A DNA stretch of 63,988 bases, the filler included, from Octopus bimaculoides (lineage: Eukaryota), in assembly GCF_001194135.2 (NCBI RefSeq). It is 7 parts of 6 records of this genome, joined end to end, with 100 filler letters (N's around TTAATTAATTAA, not from the genome) between each part and the next. Parts side by side here need not be neighbours in the genome. Positions count along the whole stretch, not along the records: positions 1 to 7,238 come from NC_068988.1; positions 7,339 to 23,744 come from NC_069007.1; 5 more parts are not named here. One strand, 5' to 3'. The notes below the pieces were generated by a model. That model made no database searches and was not told the DNA's origin. It was given only the letters and a program-made list of their open reading frames with translations. The translations under genes were made by a program, and so were the position numbers. This document shows positions 1-10,933 of the stretch, in pieces. Numbering within the stretch: the stretch's first letter is position 1; every line of letters starts with the position of its first letter.

Positions 1-16
1 CTCTCATATCCCAGAT

Positions 17-476
17 TCATTTAAACCAACGAAAAGTGCTCCTTAAGATGTGTGTACATTTCAGAGCATTATTCGTTAATTTGTTAATCAATTTACCCTT
101 AGAGAAGAGTATGCAGTAGAGTTCTGTCGTACAGAGCGAACAGTACTTTCTTCCTCTCTCGTATGGCATTGATCTTGCTACTATGGACCATTCTAACGAA
201 TACGGCCTATTATTTTCTTTGAGTTCCCAGATGTATTTGCTAAGACTAGTGCTTGCTATTTTCCTTCTATCTCTAAACGTCGTGAAGTGATTAGAAATTC
301 TCCTACATACCTGTCCTGATGTGCAACCAATGTATTTCGTGGTGCCTTACATTGATATACTATATTTTTGACTTTCGCGTTGGGTCCTTCACATTTTAAT
401 CTCCTAGGGTTTACCTCATTTACTGTGATTATGTTCTTACTCTTACAGACCTTACCCCTATTATTAATAGTACCTC

Positions 477-533
<57 letters not shown>

Positions 534-787
534 CATCATCATTGTTATTATCATTCTTCTTATTATTATTATTGCTATTTATATCATTGTTCAAATTCTC
601 ATTCCCCCCTGTTTCTTTAGACTTAAGTATTTTAAGGTTATGCGCTGCTATTATTTGTGCTATGTCCCTAGTATTTGAAAACCCAAACCTAATTATGTGC
701 GTATTGATAATTTTACCATAGTGCGAGTTCCTTAAATATACAAATTTGAAACCTTGGAAATATAAACAATGAGAACGATCCTTAAGG
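17..787 (-). mobile_element. Penelope-like retroelement 3' fragment: RT thumb/linker plus GIY-YIG endonuclease, frameshifted
   Basis: Minus strand reads HYGKIINTHIIRFGFSNTRDIAQIIAAHNLKIL..(polyN)..CEGPNAKVKNIVYQC..YVGE. After a frameshift near 290 it continues SNHFTTF..STSLSKYIWELKENNRPYSLEWSIVARSMPYERGRKYCSLCTTELYCILF..LINK..KCTH, stop at 17-19. This matches the recalled PLE motifs KIFNRNT.K.SYSCMPN...II..HN.KIL and T.LSKYIW.LK..W.I..C.LC..E. Confidence 0.88.
478..573 (-). repeat. (AAT)n/(GAT)n microsatellite lying in frame inside the PLE ORF (poly-Asn)
   Basis: ATT/ATC triplet run; ORF 256-810 reads through it without a stop. Confidence 0.9.
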
Positions 788-1499
788 NNNNNNNNNNTAT
801 ACATATACACACATATATCTATGTGCGTATTGGAGAGTTTGTTCTGTACTTATATAAATTTATAATTATGAGGCCTCTGTATGCCATTTACTCCCTCTCA
901 TCTCCCAAGACAATAATACCCCTCATTATACTACTACAATGCCCTTATCTATTTATCTACTAATCTTTCTCATACTAGTAAATATTATCTATTTATCCCC
1001 CTTCTCTCATATCGAATATAAGGCTTTTACCTATCTATCTTTTTTTCACTCACACCAGAATATATTATTTATTCCTCTCATTATTCACGCAAATTTGGAA
1101 TTGCTAGCATTTTTTCTCCCTCTGTAATGAATACCCTTCAATATACTGAACTAGATATATCCAATATATACTTCTTACCTCTTTATCTTTGATCTCACCA
1201 GAATGTATCTTTTTTCCATGTACAACGCTGGATCTGCTAGCATTCACTTTCATTTTCCCTCAATATGGAGTACTGCATAACAATTCTTCCCTTTTCTCAC
1301 TTTGTACCACTTAATCATAACAAACGCGGCTGAAGAAGCTGAAAGTTACCGAATAAGTACAGTATTGGAAGTGAAGTAAGGAGGAAAGCAAGGTTGCTGC
1401 ACATGTAGACAGTTAAAACAAAGAAACTGCTATTTCTTAAAAGATATTTCTTAACATAGATTATATTACACGATAGGAGAGATCCCCTACGTGGGTGTA

Positions 1500-2900
1500 T
1501 TGGTAAAGCTCTGAGATAAATTTCGGAAGTGGAGAAAAAGCTGGAAAAATTTCAAATAGCGGAGAAAAGGCTGGAAAAGTGGAGACGGTAATCAATCCGT
1601 GGAGGACGACAAAACCGAATGGAGAGTAGAGAAGATTGCAAGGAGGAGAGTAAAGAAAGTGTGGGCGTGTGCATATATGTATGAAAGTGTGTGTGGGGGG
1701 GGGGTCAGCTGGTGTGTGATTGAGTGATGAAACGTGTGAGTGTATATAAGAACATGAGTGATAGTGCGTTCCAGTACAGGTGTGTATATATGTCTAATAA
1801 GAGTGTGTATAAGGAAACTGTAAGTGTATGTACATGTGGGGGGGGGAGTGGCAGAGAGTAAGTTTGCGTATGTATGTAGGTCTTAGCGAGACAGTGTAAG
1901 AATGTAGGTGTGTATGAATGTGCTGGTCTACGTGAGGATGTTATGGGTCAAGAATGTGGAAGAAATGAGGTACATGTATGCATGTGAGAGCTATGAAAGT
2001 GTAAAGGTTGAGATGATGATAGCCGCGAGTGGGTATGAGTGGGTAGCATGGGAGTAGTGTGGACGAAGGGAATGGAAGTATAGTGAGAAGGCGTGTGTGG
2101 AGGAGGTTTGGAGAGAGGAAATGAGCTCTTGTCCTTTCTGGAAGCAAATGATGATGAACTGGGGATGAAGGTCACGCCGAAGATCGAAATGTGCAGGGTG
2201 GATTGGTCTGTGAATTGGAAGTGTTTTGAGATAGAAGAAAGTCGAATATCGCTGAGGTGCTCCCCCTAATCTATTAACCAGTTTACCCATTGTAAATAAG
2301 ATTACAGAAGAAACATTGGAGAAACATCGTGAGTGCCGTGCAGTGAGAGAAGTCACTTATATGGGAAATGTAGTGGTTGGGTGCAATAAGGGAGGTGGAA
2401 AAGTGGCTATGAGAACAAAGGGATTCAGCAGAAGGATAGATGCGGGGAAAGGAGCTATGAACGAGGAGGCTGCGGAGGTTGCAGGCATGTTTGATGGCAG
2501 GATAAATGGAAGAGGAAATAAACTGGGGGTGGTAGTGTCAGATTAAAGGCTGCAGAAGAGGTGCAGGATGGTGCATTTTAGGGGCAGGTTGTTAGTATGG
2601 TAGGTAAGAGGGAAGTGTATGTATGGGTGGGGTTCCGGACACGGGGAGTTAGGTCTGAGGTGCTATTAATAGAACAGGCACGGGAAAGAGTGGATGAGGG
2701 AAGAAGCGTAACTATATCGAATGACTTTCTTCTTGAACCCTACCCACACGTACCTATTCCAGTGACCTGAATTTACTTCTGTCCTGCAGGGAGAAGTAGT
2801 TAAGTGTAAGCACGAAAAGGAGAGTAAAGTTATCGGGAGAGAAAACGGTTATAAGGGTTGAATGGTACAAAGGTTGAGGAGCGTGGAAGCTTTTAGCATG
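1500..2900 (-). mobile_element. Neptune-like Penelope retroelement, degenerate and internally deleted (RT piece, thumb, GIY-YIG, pyrimidine-rich 3' region)
   Basis: Minus-strand pieces: VLTLNYFSLQD..FQVTGI (RT, about 2740-2830); LTYHTNNLPLKCTILHLF..SDTTT..LFP; AIKHACNLRSLLVHSSFP; CFFCNLIYNG*TG**..EHLSDIR..ISKHF..HISIFG (GIY-YIG). Left boundary approximate. Confidence 0.8.
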
Positions 2901-3560
2901 TATGTATGTATGTATTATATACTGTATATAATTTATAACTTTCATGCTAAGTAGAGGTTATCTGGTATAGCACAAAATCAGACTGTCAAAATCTTAAGGT
3001 TGTACGAGGTGCTTTAATAAAAAAATTATTTGAAACAATATTTTTCTTTTTGAATAGCAGTAACTTTGTAGTTTAAATCATAATTTGCTTCTGAATAGGT
3101 TCATCAGTAATTCGTTCTAAAAATTCTTTCCATTGAAACGAACATGTTTTTCATAGACATATTATGTTGTGTTGCGTTGACTTAGATGTTTGCGCTTAAT
3201 TTTACATTATCGTGGGTACTAGCATCTAGTTGTGATGGTTTGTTGATACAACCAAAGTTAGAGATATGTCAAAGAGTAGAAGTGTGCGTTATATTTGTAT
3301 AACACAGGATTTTCTGTGCAAATTTTTCTCCTAGTAAGCAAAGCAAATTTACCTTAACCGATTGGAAAATCCTTGCTGTGCCTGGATTGTACTTCTCCAG
3401 GACAGACCTCCATTTGCATACTTACACAGAGAGTTTTAAAGTGTCTGTATGTAAATTATGCATCTTTTGATTATACATGTTTCTATTTAATACATATTTT
3501 AAGAGAAAGATATTGCGTTTCCTTTTGTTAGATCAAATATTGAAATAACTTCTTTTTCAG

Positions 3561-3640
3561 GAAATATTGAAAGACGCCAAGCCGGTTTGTTGATTGGTGA
3601 TTGTGATGGTCAGCATTCATTCCATGGAGAGATTGACTAC
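3561..3640 (+). CDS. Internal coding exon (80 bp) of a LamG3/concanavalin-A-like domain protein, resembling the C-terminus of molluscan Pif-like proteins
   Basis: Acceptor ACTTCTTTTTCAG (AG 3559-3560) and donor GTACGT (3641). Reads (G)NIERRQAGLLIGDCDGQHSFHGEIDY, fitting the LamG3 pattern G.I..R...L.IG.....F.G.ID. The Pif-like assignment comes from recalled motif similarity only. Confidence 0.72.
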
Positions 3641-3844
3641 GTACGTTTCAAATTTTCTTTATCTCCCCAATCTTTCTCCCTCTCTTACCCCTCTCTCTAT
3701 TTAACTTTTATCTTTTACTTGTTTTAGTCACTGCCCATGGTAGGACACTATGTGAAAGGCCTCGTTGAATAAAACCAATACTTATTTTTTAAATCTGGTT
3801 CCTTTTCCCGAACCGCTATATAACAGGGATATCTATACCGTTCC

Positions 3845-4220
3845 TTGCCAACATCTATCTAACTATTTATTTATCTATCTGTCTGTCTGTCTGTCTGTCT
3901 AACTGTCTATCTACCAAAATGTCTCTCTATCTATCCGCCAAACTGCCTACCTATCTATCAATCTATATCTATATACCAAACTGCATATCTATCTATATCC
4001 ATCTACCAAACTACTTAACTATCTCTCAATATCTACCAAACTGCCTATCTATCTACCTATTACCATCTACCAAACTGCCTATTTATATATCTACCTATAT
4101 CTATCTAACAAACTGCCTAATTATCTATCTATTTATATCCGTCTACCAACCTGCCTATTTATTTATATCTATCTACCTAACTGCCTCTCTATCTATATCT
4201 AAATACCAAACTGTCAATCA

Positions 4221-4271
<51 letters not shown>

Positions 4272-4377
4272 AACCAAACAGCATATCTATCTCTATCTAT
4301 CTGTCTCTAGCAAACTGCCTATCTATCTTTATCTATCCCTCTCTAGCAAATTGCCTATCTATCTATCTCTATCAACA
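3845..4377 (+). repeat. Minisatellite with core (CT)ACCAAACTGCCTATCTAT, left part
   Basis: Recurrent AAACTGCCTAT core separated by variable ATCT/CT runs. Confidence 0.85.
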
Positions 4378-5640
4378 TTTCAACGCCAAACACGAAGGAT
4401 GTGCTGTCAGGGCAAGAATGCGTGCTCTAAGGAACGAAGGTGTTGATGATGCGCAGACACGCACTGAGACTGCGACATCTCCGGCTCTACGTAGACGACG
4501 GTGAGCAGGTGTGGTCGCCGTTTGTGCGACGTGCTTTCCCGCAGCTCGTCTCCATGACCGAGCTGCAGTCGTAGATCAAGAAGAGACCTAGGCTAGGCGA
4601 ATGGTACCGCGAGTGTCGCGTTGCTCTCCAGCAGCTCTGCCGTCCCGGGTCGACCTTGAGCGGCTGCATCACNNNNNNNNNNNNNNNNNNNNNNNNNNNN
4701 NNNNNNNNNNNNNNNNNNNNNNNNNNNNNNNNNNNNNNNNNNNNNNNNNNNNNNNNNNNNNNNNNNNNNNNNNNNNNNNNNNNNNNNNNNNNNNNNNNNN
4801 NNNNNNNNNNNNNNNNNNNNNNNNNNNNNNNNNNNNNNNNNNNNNNNNNNNNNNNNNNNNNNNNNNNNNNNNNNNNNNNNNNNNNNNNNNNNNNNNNNNN
4901 NNNNNNNNNNNNNNNNNNNNNNNNNNNNNNNNNNNNNNNNNNNNNNNNNNNNNNNNNNNNNNNNNNNNNNNNNNNNNNNNNNNNNNNNNNNNNNNNNNNN
5001 NNNNNNNNNNNNNNNNNNNNNNNNNNNNNNNNNNNNNNNNNNNNNNNNNNNNNNNNNNNNNNNNNNNNNNNNNNNNNNNNNNNNNNNNNNNNNNNNNNNN
5101 NNNNNNNNNNNNNNNNNNNNNNNNNNNNNNNNNNNNNNNNNNNNNNNNNNNNNNNNNNNNNNNNNNNNNNNNNNNNNNNNNNNNNNNNNNNNNNNNNNNN
5201 NNNNNNNNNNNNNNNNNNNNNNNNNNNNNNNNNNNNNNNNNNNNNNNNNNNNNNNNNNNNNNNNNNNNNNNNNNNNNAAAAAAGATGGATACATGTAGCA
5301 AGAATGGCACGTATAAAGGACGAAGCCACTTTGAGCATGATTCTATAGAACAGTAAAATTTTGTAAACAGAGAGTTACTTACGTTTCTTTCATAAATAAA
5401 AGTAATTATATTTTACAAATTGTAACATTAAGGACCGAGGTTACCGTGGTCTTTTCCGTAGGCTTTTCTTTCCACGGATAACCTCCCCATTTATTGGGAA
5501 ATTTTTGTAATATTTTCTTTTTTTTTTGTACATACCCCAAATGTTTTCTCGATGCCTTTTCATCGTTATCCCCATTTTAATTTTTTACTTTATTTTCGTC
5601 CCCATCGAAAAGAAAAAACTCTGTGGCTAATAAAAGAAAT
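4378..5640 (+). mobile_element. Tx1/L1-clade non-LTR retrotransposon, 5'-truncated, with the RT domain deleted
   Basis: GC-rich block reading NAKHEGCAVRARMRALRNEG (EN-RT linker-like) joined at about 4443 to MMRRHALRLRHLRLYVDDGEQVWSPFVRRAFPQL..(post-RT). After the gap comes RWIHVARMARIKDEATLSMIL*, then a T-rich 3' UTR ending GTGGCTAATAAAAGAAAT. Confidence 0.62.
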
Positions 5641-5843
5641 CTTTCAATCTATCTATCTCTAGCACAGTGCCTATTTATCTATCTATCTCTAGCAAACTAA
5701 CTATTTAACTATCTATCGCTCTCTCGCAAACTGCCTATTCCTCTCGCTCACTCACTCACTCTCTCTCTCTCTAGCAAACTGCCAATTTATCCATATATAT
5801 TTCTCTCTAGCAAACTGCTTATATATCTCCCACTCTCTCTAGT

Positions 5844-5889
<46 letters not shown>

Positions 5890-5931
5890 GCAAACTGCTT
5901 GTCTAACTATCTATCGCTCTCTACCAAACTG

Positions 5932-5968
<37 letters not shown>

Positions 5969-6380
5969 TTCTCTCTCTCCATCTCTCTCTCTCTTTCTAG
6001 CAAACTGCCTATATATATATATATATATAGCAAACTATCTGTCCATCTATGTCTCACTCTATAGCAAACTGTCTATACATCTATCAATGTCTCTCTCTAG
6101 CAACCTGCTTATCTTTCAATCTATCTATCTCTAGCAAACTGCTTATCTATCTGTCTAACACTCTAGCAAACTGAGTATCTATCAATCTATCTATATCTAG
6201 GAAACTGCCTGTCTACCTATCTCTCTCAGGCAAACTGCATATTAATTTGTCTCTCTAGCAAACTGCCCATCTCTAACACATAGCACACTGCCTATCTCTC
6301 TCTTTCTCTAGCAACTGCCTATCAATCTCCCTCTAGCACACTGCCTATCTATCTACCTTACTCTAACAAATTGCCTACGC

Positions 6381-6418
<38 letters not shown>

Positions 6419-6577
6419 ATCTCTCTCTAGCAATCTCTCTCTAGCAAAGTGCCTTTCAGTCTCTTTCTAGCAAACTGCCTATCATCTCTCTAGCAAACTG
6501 CCTATCAATCTCTCTCTAGCAAACTGCCTATCTATCTATCTCTCACCAGAAAACTGCCTATCTATCTATCTTTCTCT

Positions 6578-6664
<87 letters not shown>

Positions 6665-7112
6665 GTGAACTGTCTATCTCTCTCTCTCTAGCGAACTGTC
6701 TACCTCTCTATCTCTTTCTCTCTCCCTCTGACAAATTACCTTTCGCTCTCTGTCCCTCTGGCAAATTGTCTTTCTCTCTCTCCCTCCCTCTGTCTCTCTC
6801 TCTGTCTCTCTCTGTAGCAAATAGCTTATTTGTCAATCTCTCTCTCTCTCTCTTTTGCAAACTGCCTATCTCTCTTCTCTCTCTCTCTTTCTCTCTCTCG
6901 CTACCAAACTACTTATCTATCTCACTCTATATATCTCTAGCAAACTGCAAATCTCTCTATCAATCTCTCTCTCTCTCTCTCTCTCTCTCTAGTAAAGAAT
7001 CTGTCAATCTCTTTTTCTCTAGCAAACTGCCTAACTATTTATCTCCCTCTCTAGCAAACTGCGTACCTATCAGTCTCTCTATCTAGCAAACTGCGTATCT
7101 ATCTATCAATCA

Positions 7113-7149
<37 letters not shown>

Positions 7150-7186
7150 GCAAACTGCCTATCTATTTATCACTCAGGCAAACTGT

Positions 7187-7238
<52 letters not shown>
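5641..7238 (+). repeat. Minisatellite with core CTAGCAAACTGCCTAT and (CT)n/(ATCT)n spacers, right part
   Basis: Dozens of copies of the core with microsatellite spacers. Confidence 0.9.
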
Positions 7239-7338
7239 NNNNNNNNNNNNNNNNNNNNNNNNNNNNNNNNNNNNNNNNNNNNTTAATTAATTAANNNNNN
7301 NNNNNNNNNNNNNNNNNNNNNNNNNNNNNNNNNNNNNN
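7239..7338. other. Artificial assembly linker N44-TTAATTAATTAA-N44; the 12-mer also occurs at 23789, 51029, 56206, 59483 and 62827
   Basis: Identical palindromic 12-mer with stops in all six frames, embedded in N runs six times. Confidence 0.95.
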
Positions 7339-7436
7339 CTTACATACACACCTAAATAAAAAAAAAAGGGGTTATTTGAAGAAAAGAAAAACTCTTTGCG
7401 AACTTTCCCCATCTTACTTTCTCACGCTCCTGAAAA

Positions 7437-7652
7437 ATGATGTTGTTGATGTTATTGTTGATGTGGTGGTCGTTGTCGTCGTCTTGGCTATTGTTATTGT
7501 TGTTGCTTACAACCACGATGATGGTGATGACGATGATGATGATGACGACGACGATGATGATGATGATGATGACGATGACGACGACGACGACGATGGTGAT
7601 GATGATGGCGATGATGATGATGATATTGATGATAATGATGACGATGATATTG

Positions 7653-7689
<37 letters not shown>
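7437..7689 (+). repeat. Compound (GTT)n/(GAT)n/(GAC)n/(GT)n microsatellite
   Basis: Directly visible; explains the poly-D, poly-H and poly-S ORFs. Confidence 0.95.
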
Positions 7690-7692
<3 letters not shown>

Positions 7693-8027
7693 ATCAATAT
7701 GCATACACACGCAAAAAAAAGCATATTGAATTCGATTTGCAACATTTTTGTTTGCGAAGTCGTTGAATTCAGATTTTGTTGTATTGCTGTTGGGAGGGTC
7801 ACTCAGCTAATAATTAAAACACGCGAAGACACATTTTGAAACGAATCTGGGCATTGAGAAGAAATGTCATTGATGAGGTCACGAATGGCAACGAAAAAGC
7901 TTTGGCACACAACTGATTGATTGACCAGCTGATTACGCAAGAAATTGAGTAGTTAGTTCGTTAAACAACTAATCAATTGAAAAACAATAAAGAAGTGAAA
8001 TACCTGTATGTGTTTCCCCGTCTCACC

Positions 8028-9022
8028 CTTGTACGAACGATTGAACGAACGAACGAACGAACGTACGTACGCAGGCAAGAAATAACGAAAGAACGTACGT
8101 ACGCACGAACGAACGTACGAACGAACGTACGTACAAACGTACGAACGAACAATCGAAATAATTAAAGAACGAACGTACTTACGTAAGTAAGAACGAACGA
8201 ATTAACGAACGATCGTATGCACGTGCGTACGAATGAACGAAAGAACGAACGAACGTACGTACGTACGAACGAACGAACGAACGTACATACGTAAGTAGGA
8301 ACGACCGAACGAACGAACGTACGTACGTACGTACGAATGAACGAACGAACGAACGAACGAACGAACGAAACAACGAACGATCGAACGAACATACGTAAGA
8401 ACGAACGTACGTGCGAACGAACGTACGTACGAAGGAAGGAACGAACATACGTACGTACGTCGGCAGGAAACAACGAAAGACCGTACGTACGTACGAACGA
8501 ACGTACGAACGAACGAACGAACGTACGAACGAACGTACGTAAGAACGAACAAAGTAGCGTACGTACGAACAAACGAACGAACAAACGAACGTACGTACGT
8601 ACGGAGGAACAAACGAACGTACTTACGTACGTACGGACGGACGAACGAACGAATATACGTACGTATGAACGATCGAACGAACGTATGTATGTATGTACGA
8701 ACGAATAAAAGAACGAACGTACGTACGTAAGTACAAACGAACGTACATATATACGTACGTACGTACGAACGAACGTACGTACGAACGAACATACGTACGA
8801 ACGAACGAACTTACGTACGTACGTACGTACGTACGTACGTATGAACGATCCAACGAACGTACGTACGTAGGCAAGAAACAACGAGAACGTACGTACGTAC
8901 GAACGAACGAATGTACGTACGTACGAACGAACGAACGTACGTACGTACGAACGAACGAACGTACGTACGTACGAACGAACGAACGAACTAACGAACTTAC
9001 ATTCGTACGTATGAACGAACGA
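8028..9022 (+). repeat. About 1 kb mixed (ACGA)n/(ACGT)n tetranucleotide array
   Basis: Directly visible; CpG nearly every 4 bp. Confidence 0.95.
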
Positions 9023-9170
9023 ACGGCAACCCGTTTACGGCTGAGTGGACTGAAGCAACGTGAAACGAAGTGCTTTGCTCAAGGACACAGCGTTCAGCCG
9101 GCGTTAGAAATCGAAACCGCGATCCCTCGATCGTGACTGCAACACGCTAACCTCTAGGCCATGCGCTTTG
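9022..9170 (-). mobile_element. tRNA-derived SINE with CORE-like domain
   Basis: Reverse strand has A-box-like TGGCCTAGAGGTT, B-box-like GTTTCGATT, then GTGTCCTTGAGCAAAGCACTT..CAGTCCACTCAGC. Confidence 0.8.
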
Positions 9171-9802
9171 CACGCGTTATTTGAAGGCCGTCGATTCTCT
9201 TGAGTTCCACCGCCCCAAACGGCGGGTTTTGTTTTTCAACTTGGAAAGTTGTCCAATAAATCACCAACAACAAAAATAACACGAAGACCGCCCCCCCCCG
9301 CCAACAACAATACGAATCAAGACCGGATTAAGTCCCATAAAGGCCTTAAGCACTTAAAGGATTTTACCCCTGATCCCTACCCCAGCCATTCTGTCTTCTT
9401 TACCACATACACCCCGATCTGGCACCCTTTATACTTTAAAACACATAGACACGTGCACGTTCAGACAAACACACACACACGTATGTGTATACATACACAT
9501 ACATGCATATATGTAATTCCAAATATAAACAATAAAACAAACCATTTTCCCCCCTAAATTAAACAAAACTAAACAGTAAGATGGAAAATAATGTTTATTT
9601 TTGTCTACTTCCATTTTATTTATATTTGAATAGTTTTTTTCCTACTTTTTTTCTTTTTAATTGCAAAGTCTTTTGATCAAATCTTCGCTGTGACACCATG
9701 GACACTTTGGAATCATATTTCCAATCGTATAAACCACTTTGAATACCATTTTAGCGACGTTCTGGCAGCCTCGACAAAACGCCGGGCAAATACAACACCA
9801 AA

Positions 9803-10415
9803 CAGGGCCAGATTAAGGGCCATAGAGGCCTCAATCACTTAAAAGAGTTTGGTGCCACCATATATATGTTATTCAAAATTTAAACCATAAAACAAATATC
9901 TGTTTTTCGAAAATGACCCAAAACTAAACATTAAAATGGAAAATAATGTTTATTCTTGTATATTTCCACTTTATTTTCAGTTGTGTTTGTTTGTTTGTCC
10001 GTGGACAAGATATCTCAAGAACCGCTGGATGGATTCGGATGAAACTTTCAGGGATAATTGATCTCACGACTGGCACGAACTGATTAGATTTTAGGATCGA
10101 TTCGGTACCGGACAAGGATTCTGGATTATTTTTCCTGTTTTTTTTTTACTTAATTTTTGAGAGCGGTTGTGTTAATTTTAAATATTCTCCTTTGTGAGAG
10201 GAGTCGAGTTTATTTTAGATATTCTCATTTTAAAAATCATCTCCGGCTAATCGTTGAGAGGACGTTGGTGTTGCCTTGGCGGAGGTGTGCGCTCTCTGAG
10301 TGTTCTTGTTTATATTTGGAAAGTTTTCTCCGATTTTTTTTAATTGCAAAGTCTTTGATCAGATCCTCATTATGGCACCATGAACACTTTGGAATCATAT
10401 TTCCAATGGTATGAA
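9803..10415 (+). mobile_element. Non-autonomous element starting CAGGGCCAGATTAAGGG (hAT-like terminus), interrupted by a Helentron-type insert
   Basis: Its terminus and AT-rich body resemble 9318-9740; right end lost in a gap. Confidence 0.4.
9983..10312 (+). mobile_element. Helentron-associated non-autonomous element (HINE/DINE-1-like), 5' end missing
   Basis: (GTTT)n, then GATATCTCAAGAACCGCTGGATGGATT..AAACTTT, and a 3' end CCTTGGCGGAGG-TGTGCGCTCTCTGAGTG-TTCTTGTTT (subterminal IR plus hairpin). Confidence 0.62.
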
Positions 10416-10891
10416 NNNNNNNNNNNNNNNNNNNNNNNNNNNNNNNNNNNNNNNNNNNNNNNNNNNNNNNNNNNNNNNNNNNNNNNNNNNNNNNNNNNNN
10501 NNNNNNNNNNNNNNNNNNNNNNNNNNNNNNNNNNNNNNNNNNNNNNNNNNNNNNNNNNNNNNNNNNNNNNNNNNNNNNNNNNNNNNNNNNNNNNNNNNNN
10601 NNNNNNNNNNNNNNNNNNNNNNNNNNNNNNNNNNNNNNNNNNNNNNNNNNNNNNNNNNNNNNNNNNNNNNNNNNNNNNNNNNNNNNNNNNNNNNNNNNNN
10701 NNNNNNNNNNNNNNNNNNNNNNNNNNNNNNNNNNNNNNNNNNNNNNNNNNNNNNNNNNNNNNNNNNNNNNNNNNNNNNNNNNNNNNNNNNNNNNNNNNNN
10801 NNNNNNNNNNNNNNNNNNNNNNNNNNNNNNNNNNNNNNNNNNNNNNNNNNNNNNNNNNNNNNNNNNNNNNNNNNNNNNNNNNNNNNNNNNN

Positions 10892-10933
<42 letters not shown>

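Noticed and set aside
1325-1366. CTGAAGA..GAAT.AGTAC.GTA hammerhead-like string
   Set aside because: GAAA is altered, stem II appears deleted and stem I does not pair; at most a dead relic after a pyrimidine-rich, internally duplicated pseudo-LTR-like tract (about 960-1320).
5641-7238. CRISPR-like look: constant core with variable spacers
   Set aside because: Spacers are CT/ATCT microsatellites of variable length, the core is short and degenerate, there are no cas genes, and the context is eukaryotic.
7376-7802. Poly-Asp, poly-His and poly-Ser ORFs
   Set aside because: Triplet microsatellite with no splice signals or complex flanking peptide.
8162-9136. RTYV/NERT-repeat ORFs
   Set aside because: Translation of a tetranucleotide array that lacks stops in several frames.
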